From positions 1,088,001-1,152,000 of the forward strand of contig CAXXLL010000002.1 of the NCBI GenBank assembly GCA_963662545.2: a DNA stretch of 64,000 nt, written 5' to 3'. The translations under genes were made by a program, and so were the position numbers. Below the pieces are notes generated by a model. It saw nothing but the letters and a program-made list of their open reading frames with translations. It was not told the DNA's origin and did not search any database. The first letter of the stretch is position 1. Each line of letters starts with the position of its first letter. This document shows, one piece after another, positions 56,503-64,000 of this stretch. The stretch comes from Gammaproteobacteria bacterium. GTDB taxonomy: Bacteria > Pseudomonadota > Gammaproteobacteria > Ga0077536.

Positions 56503-57321
56503 TTACAATCCATATTCCAGGTCGATTTCGTAGCCCGCGAATTTCCGGATATTGATGACGCCGGTATTCAGAATTAAATACTGGCCTTTGATGCCGCTAA
56601 GCGTGCCCTCGACGACCGGATTCTTGTCGAAGTTGAGAGACGTGATCTTCGTCGGATATTGGGTCACGGGATAAGTAATAGCCACGACATCCTCGTCGAG
56701 CGGTTCGATCGCGTCATCGCCAAGTTCATCGCGGATCGCATCCAGACGATCGGCGATAGCGGGTGCGGCGACCATTGCCTTCGCCTTGAGGTCGAGCGGC
56801 TCGCCGTCGCCTTTCAGCATCGCGCGCCAGTTCGTCTTATCCGCCATCGATTGCGCCAGTGCAACTTCTACATATCCGGAAATCCGCCGGGTCTTGACCC
56901 GGAAGATGGGCAGCGCCTGGGTGGCGCCCTGGTCCATCCAGCGGGTCGGTACCTGGCTTTGCCGGGTGATCCCGACCTTGAGACTCGAGGTATTGGCCAG
57001 GTAGACGATGTGCGGGGTCATACAGTGTTCCTCGCCCCATGCTGGCTCACGGCACGTGCCGGCATGGTAGTGGCAGGTCTCGGGTTTCAAGATGCACATG
57101 TCGCAGGCGGCGAGACTGGTCATGCAGGGATAGCAGTGGCCCTGTGAAAAACTCTTGGCTGTCTTGCGACCGCACGCAATGCAGAAAATCCGGCCGGTGT
57201 GAGTGAGCTTGATGTTTTGACCAATCAGGGGATTGAGCGGCAGCCGATCGTCGCCGACGGGCAGGTCGTATTCGACCGTCTCGCCAAGGTGGGTGATCAT
57301 CTTGCGTAGTGTGCCGTTCAT
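56503..57321 (-). CDS. DUF2797-domain protein
   Basis: C..CGRKT.KSF.QGHCYPC, H.VYLANTS..KVGITR, RW.DQGA, GIKGQYL. Confidence 0.92.
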   Translation of the reverse strand: MNGTLRKMITHLGETVEYDLPVGDDRLPLNPLIGQNIKLTHTGRIFCIACGRKTAKSFSQGHCYPCMTSLAACDMCILKPETCHYHAGTCREPAWGEEHCMTPHIVYLANTSSLKVGITRQSQVPTRWMDQGATQALPIFRVKTRRISGYVEVALAQSMADKTNWRAMLKGDGEPLDLKAKAMVAAPAIADRLDAIRDELGDDAIEPLDEDVVAITYPVTQYPTKITSLNFDKNPVVEGTLSGIKGQYLILNTGVINIRKFAGYEIDLEYGL

Positions 57322-57457
57322 TGATCCAGAAAAGCTTGCCAAAGTTCGATTCGCCCGCAAGCGGGCTCCTACGTCGGGGGCGCCACCGTAGGGGCCCGCT
57401 TGCGGGCGAACAAGATCATTTACCGCAGCCTGTTTCCTTCTCACCGAGCTTATCAGT

Positions 57458-58369
57458 TTACCCGCTAACCGGGAGTGAATCTCGTTTGGGTATGCCCGTA
57501 ATCATCAGGCCCATCACGATCACGGTGAGCCCCGCTATCGACGTCACCCGTATGGTTTCGCCGAGCACGGTGCCGATCAATATCATTGAAAGGAAGGGGG
57601 CGAGGAAGATCAGCTGGCTGATCCGCCCGGCGTGCGCGGTCGTTTTCAAGGCCTTTTGCCACAGCAGAAACGTGACCCCCATCTCGATCAAACCGACCCA
57701 GGCGCCGAATAAGAGGTTCGCCGGCGTCCATTGCGGCCACCCCGGCCCCAGACCGCACGCCGCCGCAACCAAGACGAGTCCGACGGTGAAACTCACGAAC
57801 ATGATGGCCAGGGGATCCGATCGGCATTTAGTGTTGTAGAGCCAGTAGCTCGCCCACAGCAGCGCGCTGCCGAGGGCCAACCCAATCCCGGTAGTGCTGA
57901 GTGGCGTGCTCGCAGCCGACGGGTTCGGCGAGAGCAGTATGACGACACCCGCGTAACTCACGACGATGCCGGCCAATGTCCTCCGCGTTAAGGTTTGTTT
58001 CAGAATGGGTACCGCCAGCAGGGCAAGCGCGATGGCCCAGGTATAGTTGAGGGGTTGGGCGATCTGGGCTGGCAGGCGGTCATAGGCCTCGAACAGGATG
58101 AGGTAGTAGAGGAACGGGTTGACAACGCCGAGCCCGACGACCGTTAAGAACTCGCCGCGCGCCACCGCATAGGTTTTGCGTACCGCTGCGAGCACCGCGA
58201 ACAATAACCACGAAACAAGGGTACCCAGGAACAATAATTGCGCGGGTTCGACTACCGCAAGCCCCAATTTGAAGCCGGTGGCGACAGTCGACCACAGCAG
58301 GACTGCGCAAAGTCCGAAGATCAGCGCCTGGCGCTCGCGGTTTGAGCCGCTTTGGGAGTCGTTCGCCAT
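57458..58369 (-). CDS. DMT/EamA-family transporter
   Basis: LWSTVAT.FK, NPFLYY.ILFEAY..LPAQ.AQPLNYTW, EMG.TF.LW. Confidence 0.9.
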   Translation of the reverse strand: MANDSQSGSNRERQALIFGLCAVLLWSTVATGFKLGLAVVEPAQLLFLGTLVSWLLFAVLAAVRKTYAVARGEFLTVVGLGVVNPFLYYLILFEAYDRLPAQIAQPLNYTWAIALALLAVPILKQTLTRRTLAGIVVSYAGVVILLSPNPSAASTPLSTTGIGLALGSALLWASYWLYNTKCRSDPLAIMFVSFTVGLVLVAAACGLGPGWPQWTPANLLFGAWVGLIEMGVTFLLWQKALKTTAHAGRISQLIFLAPFLSMILIGTVLGETIRVTSIAGLTVIVMGLMITGIPKRDSLPVSG

Positions 58370-58733
58370 ACTGTGCCATAGGCGCGTTCTTGGCATACTG
58401 GAACGCGGTGTATTTGTCCGTGCTTGCCGTGTGGAATGATACCCCCGAGGAGTGATAACTACTTTCCTGACTCGCGATCAGTTGGGAACGGATCGATATT
58501 CCCGTAACATCGCGCATCCGACCGTATCACCGCATTTCCCCTTTCCCGCTGAAGTGGAGCTTGGGTGTGGCGGTTTATTTTCCAACCGATAGAAATCGCA
58601 GGTTCGTAATACTGCAACCGTATGCGATCGACTTCGGCTCCGAAACATTGCCTGAATCGCGATTCGTCACCGCGCCAGCCGATCGAAATGCTGAACAGAA
58701 TTTTCGGTATACACAGTAGAAGGGTGGTGAGAA

Positions 58734-59666
58734 ATGCGTGTTGAGTACACTTCAAGCCGCCTTACGCCGATGATCGCCTACGTGATGCTGGTCGTGGTGA
58801 TGGCGTGTTGGGCCGGCGGTGTCGTGGTTGCTCGAAGCGTCCACGATCTCGTCCCGCCGATCGGGTTCTCATTCTGGAGGTGGTTCACCGCTTCGGTATT
58901 GCTGACGCCCGTAATCATGACGAGGATGGCCGGGGAATGGCCGGTGATCCGGCGTTGTATTGGCTACTTCGCTTTACTCGGCCTGTTCATGGCGGGCGCC
59001 AGCACGATATTAATGTGGGCCGTCCAATACACGACGGCGACGAACGTTGCGCTGGTGAGCGCTACGCAACCGATCGTCACGGCGATTGCCGCGTGGATTC
59101 TCCTGAAAGAGCGGCTGACGCGGTTCCAGACCGCCGGCGTCGCCGCAGCATTGAGTGGCATCGTCGTCATGGTCGCGCGACTGGACGTGAACGTCATTCT
59201 CGAGCTTTCTTTCAACCCCGGTGATTTCCTGGTGGTTCTGGCCGTGGTTCTCTATGCGCTCTACTCGGTGAATCTGCACAAATGGGTCGCGGGCGTGAGC
59301 CCTTTCATGATGATGTACATGACCTGTGTCTTCGGAACGATCATCATCTTGCCGTTCTACCTAGCCGAGTCGTCATTGATGCAGACCGTTCCCCTCGACA
59401 GCCGGGTTATCGCGGCGGTTCTTTTCATGGCAGTGGTGCCGACCTTGATCGCAACGACGATGTGGAACGTGAGCGTGGGCGAGGTTGGAGCCAACAAGGC
59501 CTCGGTGTTCATCAATCTGCTGCCGATCTTCGGTACGCTTCTTGCCGTTGCTTTCCTGAATGAACAGCTGCATATCTACCATCTGATCGGCGGCGTACTC
59601 GTGTGTGCAGGGGTTACGATGGTCGTCAAAACGATGAATCCTGACGAACTCGAATTACGCGAATAG
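58734..59666 (+). CDS. DMT/EamA-family transporter
   Basis: WAG..V.AR, PP....FWRW, YTTATN, LKER, GD, VGA.KAS.F.NL.P.F, L.E. Confidence 0.92.
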   Translation: MRVEYTSSRLTPMIAYVMLVVVMACWAGGVVVARSVHDLVPPIGFSFWRWFTASVLLTPVIMTRMAGEWPVIRRCIGYFALLGLFMAGASTILMWAVQYTTATNVALVSATQPIVTAIAAWILLKERLTRFQTAGVAAALSGIVVMVARLDVNVILELSFNPGDFLVVLAVVLYALYSVNLHKWVAGVSPFMMMYMTCVFGTIIILPFYLAESSLMQTVPLDSRVIAAVLFMAVVPTLIATTMWNVSVGEVGANKASVFINLLPIFGTLLAVAFLNEQLHIYHLIGGVLVCAGVTMVVKTMNPDELELRE

Positions 59667-59667
59667 G

Positions 59668-59831
59668 TAGTGTGCCGTCCCGCAAATATATTCCACAATT
59701 CGCTAGTCCTTTTTGCCCCTGGCTGCGTTGCTCGTCGGAGTGTAGAGCCCGCTACACGGCGTCCTCGCGCCTTGCCAGGAACAAAAATCCCTGCGCGACT
59801 TATGAAACATATTTGCGGGACGGCACACTAG
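59668..59831. mobile_element. MITE family B copy 3 (inverted orientation)
   Basis: TAGTGTGCCGTCCCGCAAATAT...ATATTTGCGGGACGGCACACTAG; interior is a reverse-complement match to copies 1 and 2. Confidence 0.85.
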
Positions 59832-59864
59832 GTCGCGTTCGTGTAAGCCCCCGGCGCGAAAGGT

Positions 59865-60284
59865 TCAGCCAGACTTGGGTTTCGGCAGCTTCGCCTCTTT
59901 CTCCACGGTCGGACCGTCGGCCTCGACCCAGGCCGTGTAACCGCCCGTCATGTGCGCGACCGGGGCAAGGCCCATGCGGTGGACCGATTGCGCCGCCAGC
60001 GCCGATCGCATACCGCCTGCACAGTAGAAGACGTACTTTTTCCCGGCAGCGAATTCTTCGCGATGATAGGGGCTCTCGGGATCCACCCAGAATTCGAGCA
60101 TGCCGCGCGGCGCGTGGGTCGCGCCGGGTATCGTGCCGTCGCGCCACAGTTCGCGGATATCTCGAATATCGACCAGCTGGACGTCGGGGTCGTCCTTGAT
60201 TGCCATGACTTCTTCCACCGTCATGGACTCGATTTCCTGCTCGGCTTCGGCACAGAGTTCCTTGATACCTTTCGTAACCATCAT
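59865..60284 (-). CDS. Single-domain rhodanese
   Basis: VDIRD.RE, G.IPGA...PRG.LEFW.DP.SPYH, YCAGG.RS, GGY.AW. Confidence 0.92.
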   Translation of the reverse strand: MMVTKGIKELCAEAEQEIESMTVEEVMAIKDDPDVQLVDIRDIRELWRDGTIPGATHAPRGMLEFWVDPESPYHREEFAAGKKYVFYCAGGMRSALAAQSVHRMGLAPVAHMTGGYTAWVEADGPTVEKEAKLPKPKSG

Positions 60285-60483
60285 TCTTTCTCCCATGGGC
60301 GGTTTCAGCCAACAGTAATTCAACCACGTGGTTTATGCCAGATGTCCGCTCCGTTCAAACGCGCCCAACGATCGAAGGGCCCGGAATTGGCCGGATGATC
60401 CATCCGCCCCGGTCATTTCGGGCGCGTGGCGTCATCATCGAAAATGCTACGCTTCGGACCGATATGACTTTCGAGAGGCATCC

Positions 60484-61014
60484 GTGAGCGAGAGCGAACG
60501 CTTCGATTGGCCCACACGCATTCACCAGGTGCTCGGGCGTTGCGGGGTTCGACAGGTGGCCTACGTGCCGGACACCGGTCACAAACGGCTGATCGAATTG
60601 TGCAGCGAGGACCGCGGCATGCGCGCCATACCGCTGACGACCGAGGAGGAGGGCATTGGGCTGCTGGCAGGCGCGTGGCTGGGTGGTGAGCGCGGTACCC
60701 TGCTGATGCAGTCGAGCGGCGTCGGTAACTGCGTCAACGCCATCGCGTCGATCACACAAGCGTGCAGATTTCCCCTATTTCTTCTGATCACCATGCGCGG
60801 GGAAAGCGGTGAGAGCAATCCCTGGCAGGTGCCGATGGGCCGGGCGACGGCGCCGGTGCTGGAAACGCTGGGCGTGGCGCTGACGACGGTAGATCATCCG
60901 CACGAGGTAGAAGCCGCAGTCGCATCCATGGCGGCGCGATCATTCGAAGGCGGCGCCGCCGCGGGCGTCTTGTTATCGCAGCGCTTGATCGGGACCAAGG
61001 TATTCCGGGAATGA
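60484..61014 (+). CDS. Sulfopyruvate/phosphonopyruvate decarboxylase alpha-like subunit (TPP N-domain)
   Basis: YVPD.GH, TTEEEGIG..AGAWLGG, MQSSGVGN..N, MRG...E.NPWQVPMG. Confidence 0.88.
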   Translation: MSESERFDWPTRIHQVLGRCGVRQVAYVPDTGHKRLIELCSEDRGMRAIPLTTEEEGIGLLAGAWLGGERGTLLMQSSGVGNCVNAIASITQACRFPLFLLITMRGESGESNPWQVPMGRATAPVLETLGVALTTVDHPHEVEAAVASMAARSFEGGAAAGVLLSQRLIGTKVFRE

Positions 61015-61607
61015 GCGGATCGCGATCGAACCGCCTGGACAGGCGCGCCGCCGTCACCGAGCTGGTACGCGATCGCGGTGCTCTGCTGGTCGTCAGCGGA
61101 CTCGGCGGTACGACCTGGGACCTCGCGAGCGCGGGCGATCACGATCTTAATTTTTACCTGTGGGGCGGCATGGGAAGTGCCGTACCGATGGGATTGGGGC
61201 TCGCCCTGGCCCAGCCGCGCCGACGGGTGCTCGTCGTCACGGGCGATGGCGAGATGCTGATGGGGCTCGGTGCACTGGCGACGGTTGCGGTGCAGGCTCC
61301 GGCGAACCTCGCGATCGCCGTGATCGACAATGAACGCTATGGCGAAACCGGTGATCAACTCACGCACACCGCTCAGGGTTCGGATCTCGCGGCTATCGCG
61401 CGCGCCGCCGGCATCCCCGATGCGGTGACGCTCGTCGATGGCGCGGGTTTAGAAGCGTTTCGGGACAAATTGCATGCGGCGCAGGGCCCGATCGTCGCCG
61501 TCGTCAAGGTTGGGCAGGACAACGCCGGCATGGTGCTGCCGCCGCGCGACGGCGTACATCTCAGGCAGCGCTTTCGACGGTGCCTGCTCGGTGACGAGGC
61601 GGGATGA
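61011..61607 (+). CDS. Sulfopyruvate/phosphonopyruvate decarboxylase beta-like subunit (TPP-binding)
   Basis: NFYLWGGMG, GDGE..M...L, DNERYGETG.Q; ATGA overlap with the alpha subunit. Confidence 0.88.
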   Translation: MSGSRSNRLDRRAAVTELVRDRGALLVVSGLGGTTWDLASAGDHDLNFYLWGGMGSAVPMGLGLALAQPRRRVLVVTGDGEMLMGLGALATVAVQAPANLAIAVIDNERYGETGDQLTHTAQGSDLAAIARAAGIPDAVTLVDGAGLEAFRDKLHAAQGPIVAVVKVGQDNAGMVLPPRDGVHLRQRFRRCLLGDEAG

Positions 61608-61727
61608 GTGCCAACGGAATAACGCTGCCGCAGGTGCAACCGGGCGCATTTCGTAGGCTATCGCGACCGGGCTATACTGCGTTTTACCATCCAAGAAAAC
61701 CGCCGAAGTTCGCGGAGGAGGATCATC

Positions 61728-62450
61728 ATGACGCACGCACACGACGAGGCGAGCCAACGACATGCGCTCGCGGCTGCCCACCGCTTGACCGCCCGCAACC
61801 GCTGGGACGATCTAATCTTCACCTTATTGTCGGCGCGGGTGCCGGGTGAGGATGAGCGCTTATTGGTGTCGCCCTTCCCGGGGATGTGCGGGCAAGTTAC
61901 CGCTTCGAGCCTGGTCAAGGTCGACCTCGCCGGCAAGCCGGTCAACGGCGGGCGCATCGACATCGATGGTTTTCCGCTCTACGGCGCCATGCATAAGGCG
62001 CGGCCGGACATCAATTGCATCCTCCACCTGCACACGACAGCAGGCGTCGCCGTATCGACACAGGTGGACGGCCTGCAACCGATTTCACAAACCGCGATGC
62101 TCATCATCGGCGATCTCGCCTATTGCGACTATGAAGGGATCGGCCAGGGCGACGACAACGTCGTCGCAGCACTCGGCAATAAGAACAACCTGCTCCTGCG
62201 CAACCATGGCACCATGAGCGTGGGTGGTTCGGTGGCCGAGGCGTTTGGGCGATTGCATGTGCTCGAATGCGCCTGTGCCATCCAGATGGCCGCGATGGCG
62301 GGAGGAGCTGCGCTCAATCCGGTCGATCGCCCGGTGATCTCGAGTGTCGAGGAAATGGGTACGAACTATCTGGCCAGCGGGGTGCTCGATGATGCATGGG
62401 ACGGCATGGTAGCCGTGCTCGACACAGAAGAGCCGGGGTATGCAGCCTGA
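61728..62450 (+). CDS. Class II aldolase/adducin family
   Basis: SARVPG, VTASSLVKVD, LHLHT, LRNHG. Confidence 0.9.
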   Translation: MTHAHDEASQRHALAAAHRLTARNRWDDLIFTLLSARVPGEDERLLVSPFPGMCGQVTASSLVKVDLAGKPVNGGRIDIDGFPLYGAMHKARPDINCILHLHTTAGVAVSTQVDGLQPISQTAMLIIGDLAYCDYEGIGQGDDNVVAALGNKNNLLLRNHGTMSVGGSVAEAFGRLHVLECACAIQMAAMAGGAALNPVDRPVISSVEEMGTNYLASGVLDDAWDGMVAVLDTEEPGYAA

Positions 62451-63612
62451 GGTCATCGTCGGCGCGGAACTCGAGGCCGCGCAGCAGCTCATTCCCAACA
62501 TCGCAGCCCGCGCCAGGGAAATCGAATCAGCGCGCCGCGTACCCGCGGAAATCGTCAAGTCCTTCGTCGACGAAGGCCTCATCGACATGGCGGTCCCCGT
62601 AGCCTACGGCGGCCGCGCGAGCGATCCCCTCGATATCGTCAAGGTGATCGAGGCGATCTCCTACGCCGACGGTTCGACCGGCTGGTGCCTGATGAATTAC
62701 CAGACGAGTGCGCTGGTTTCAGCCTTCCTGCCGCGGACGTGGGGTGAGGCGATCTTCGGCACCAACGAACGCTGCGTTCCCGCGGGCGTCCTCGCGCCGA
62801 CCGCCCGGGGGCGCTTTGTCGACGGCGGTATCGTAGTTAACGGCCGCTGGCGCTTTGGCTCCGGTTGCGACAACGCCAACTGGCTGCTCGGGACCGTCTT
62901 GATGGTCGACGACAACGGCAAGCCGCAAACCAAGGCCGATGGTTCGCCACAGATCCTTTGGTCGATGTTCAGCATGGACCAGATCAGCATCCTCGATACC
63001 TGGTACGTCTCGGGTTTATGCGGCTCGGGCAGCCACGACCTCGAAGTGACCGACGCCTTTGTGCCGGAGGGCCGTTGGCTCGCCTCTCTCGACGATCCCG
63101 CGGTCATCGACGAGCCCTTGTTCCGCTTTCCGATCTTGAGCCTCTTCCCCCCCACCGTCGTCGCGATTCCGCTGGGGATCGCACGCGCCGCACTCGACAG
63201 CTTTCTGGTGCTGGCGCGGGACAAGGTGCCACATGGCGCGGTAGCGCCCCTGGCCCAACGCAGCTCGGCACAGATCGACGCGGCGCGCGCCGAAGCGCTG
63301 ATTGAAGGCGCGCGCGGCTACGTCTATGAGACGACCGACTCTTTATGGAAGTTGGTTCAATGCGGGCAGGACGTGACCAGCGACGCGCGCCGTCGCGTCC
63401 GCCTCGCGGCCTGTCATGCCTGCGAAGCGGCGGCGCAAGCGGTGAACCTGCTCTACCGGGCCGGCGGTGGATCCGCGATCTTCGACGACAATCCGCTGCA
63501 GCGCCATTTTCGCGACATCCATGCCACGACCCAACACATCCAGATCAGTCACGGCAATTTCGAAACGATGGGCAGGCTGCGATTGACGGGGAGTTTAGAC
63601 CTACCGTACTGA
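62440..63612 (+). CDS. Acyl-CoA dehydrogenase-like flavin-dependent monooxygenase (HsaA/C2-type)
   Basis: D.STGW, GRW.FGSG, W.V.GL.GSGSHD, AGGSAI....LQRHFRD.HA..QH. Confidence 0.9.
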   Translation: MQPEVIVGAELEAAQQLIPNIAARAREIESARRVPAEIVKSFVDEGLIDMAVPVAYGGRASDPLDIVKVIEAISYADGSTGWCLMNYQTSALVSAFLPRTWGEAIFGTNERCVPAGVLAPTARGRFVDGGIVVNGRWRFGSGCDNANWLLGTVLMVDDNGKPQTKADGSPQILWSMFSMDQISILDTWYVSGLCGSGSHDLEVTDAFVPEGRWLASLDDPAVIDEPLFRFPILSLFPPTVVAIPLGIARAALDSFLVLARDKVPHGAVAPLAQRSSAQIDAARAEALIEGARGYVYETTDSLWKLVQCGQDVTSDARRRVRLAACHACEAAAQAVNLLYRAGGGSAIFDDNPLQRHFRDIHATTQHIQISHGNFETMGRLRLTGSLDLPY

Positions 63613-63919
63613 CCGATCGCGCCTCACACCTGCCCCGCAGTAAACGTCATACCGTCCATCTCCATCTTTTCCAGCAATTCTGGCGACAGGTGCTGCACTT
63701 CCTCGCCGATCGCGGGCCGGAAATCGATGTCGTTCATGTCATGGACGCCGCCGGTAATTGCGATAGACCACTTAATTGCTTTTCACGCTGAACGTAGTTC
63801 GCAAGCAAACGTTCGACACGAAACTGGAGTTCGACGTCGGTCAGGGACTAAAGATTCACACACTAGCTCCGCGATGAACTGCTGGTGAACCAATAGGCGC
63901 TCATTTTGCCTTTACCTGT

Positions 63920-64000
63920 TCAAGCGTCGTCGCCACCGGCGCCGACTACGGCGACGGCTTCGATCTCCACTAAAAGATCTCGCAGCACCAGGCTCTTGAC
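63920..64000 (-). CDS. C-terminal end of a probable RidA-family protein (truncated by window)
   Basis: VKSLVLRDLLVEIEAVAVV..stop; L.VEIEA.A is the RidA C-terminal motif. Confidence 0.6.
   Translation of the reverse strand, partial: VKSLVLRDLLVEIEAVAVVGAGGDDA

Noticed and set aside
63620-63905. Short minus-strand fragments (..ELQFRVERLLANYVQ.., MNDIDFRPAIG..)
   Set aside because: Possibly decayed gene pieces, but too short and broken to support a call.
1-64000. tRNA, rRNA and riboswitches
   Set aside because: No cloverleaf, rRNA signature or recognisable riboswitch seen by eye; a tRNAscan/Rfam run is needed to exclude them.

Overview
GC-rich bacterial chromosomal window, probably an uncultured proteobacterium (inference from gene content). 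It holds about 55 CDSs, mostly catabolic or redox enzymes and transporters (LLMs, SDRs, crotonases, VOCs, hydrolases, two DUF1329 paralogues, DMTs). No rRNA, tRNA or CRISPR array was seen. Standout items: (1) a stand-alone gene at 3739-4536 with a RiPP/Tat-like leader and 29 His-x-Asp motifs, under a sigma-54 promoter with two TGT-N11-ACA sites; (2) an integron-like but attC-free array at about 20.8-28.2 kb, where single co-oriented genes are separated by ~140-bp tripartite palindromic repeats, next to IS91/ISCR-like ori ends and a transposase remnant, with an intact IS1182 inserted into one repeat; (3) a GumC/Wzc-like membrane protein whose kinase is replaced by a degenerate tyrosine-recombinase domain (50843-52801); (4) a Crp regulator, a CRP box, two unannotated 36-38 aa hydrophobic peptides and a terminator; (5) a tailoring-enzyme cluster at 32.8-41.4 kb; (6) four MITE families, two sharing an internal core, plus nested and in-frame micro-insertions. 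All family calls come from motif recognition by eye; no database search was run.
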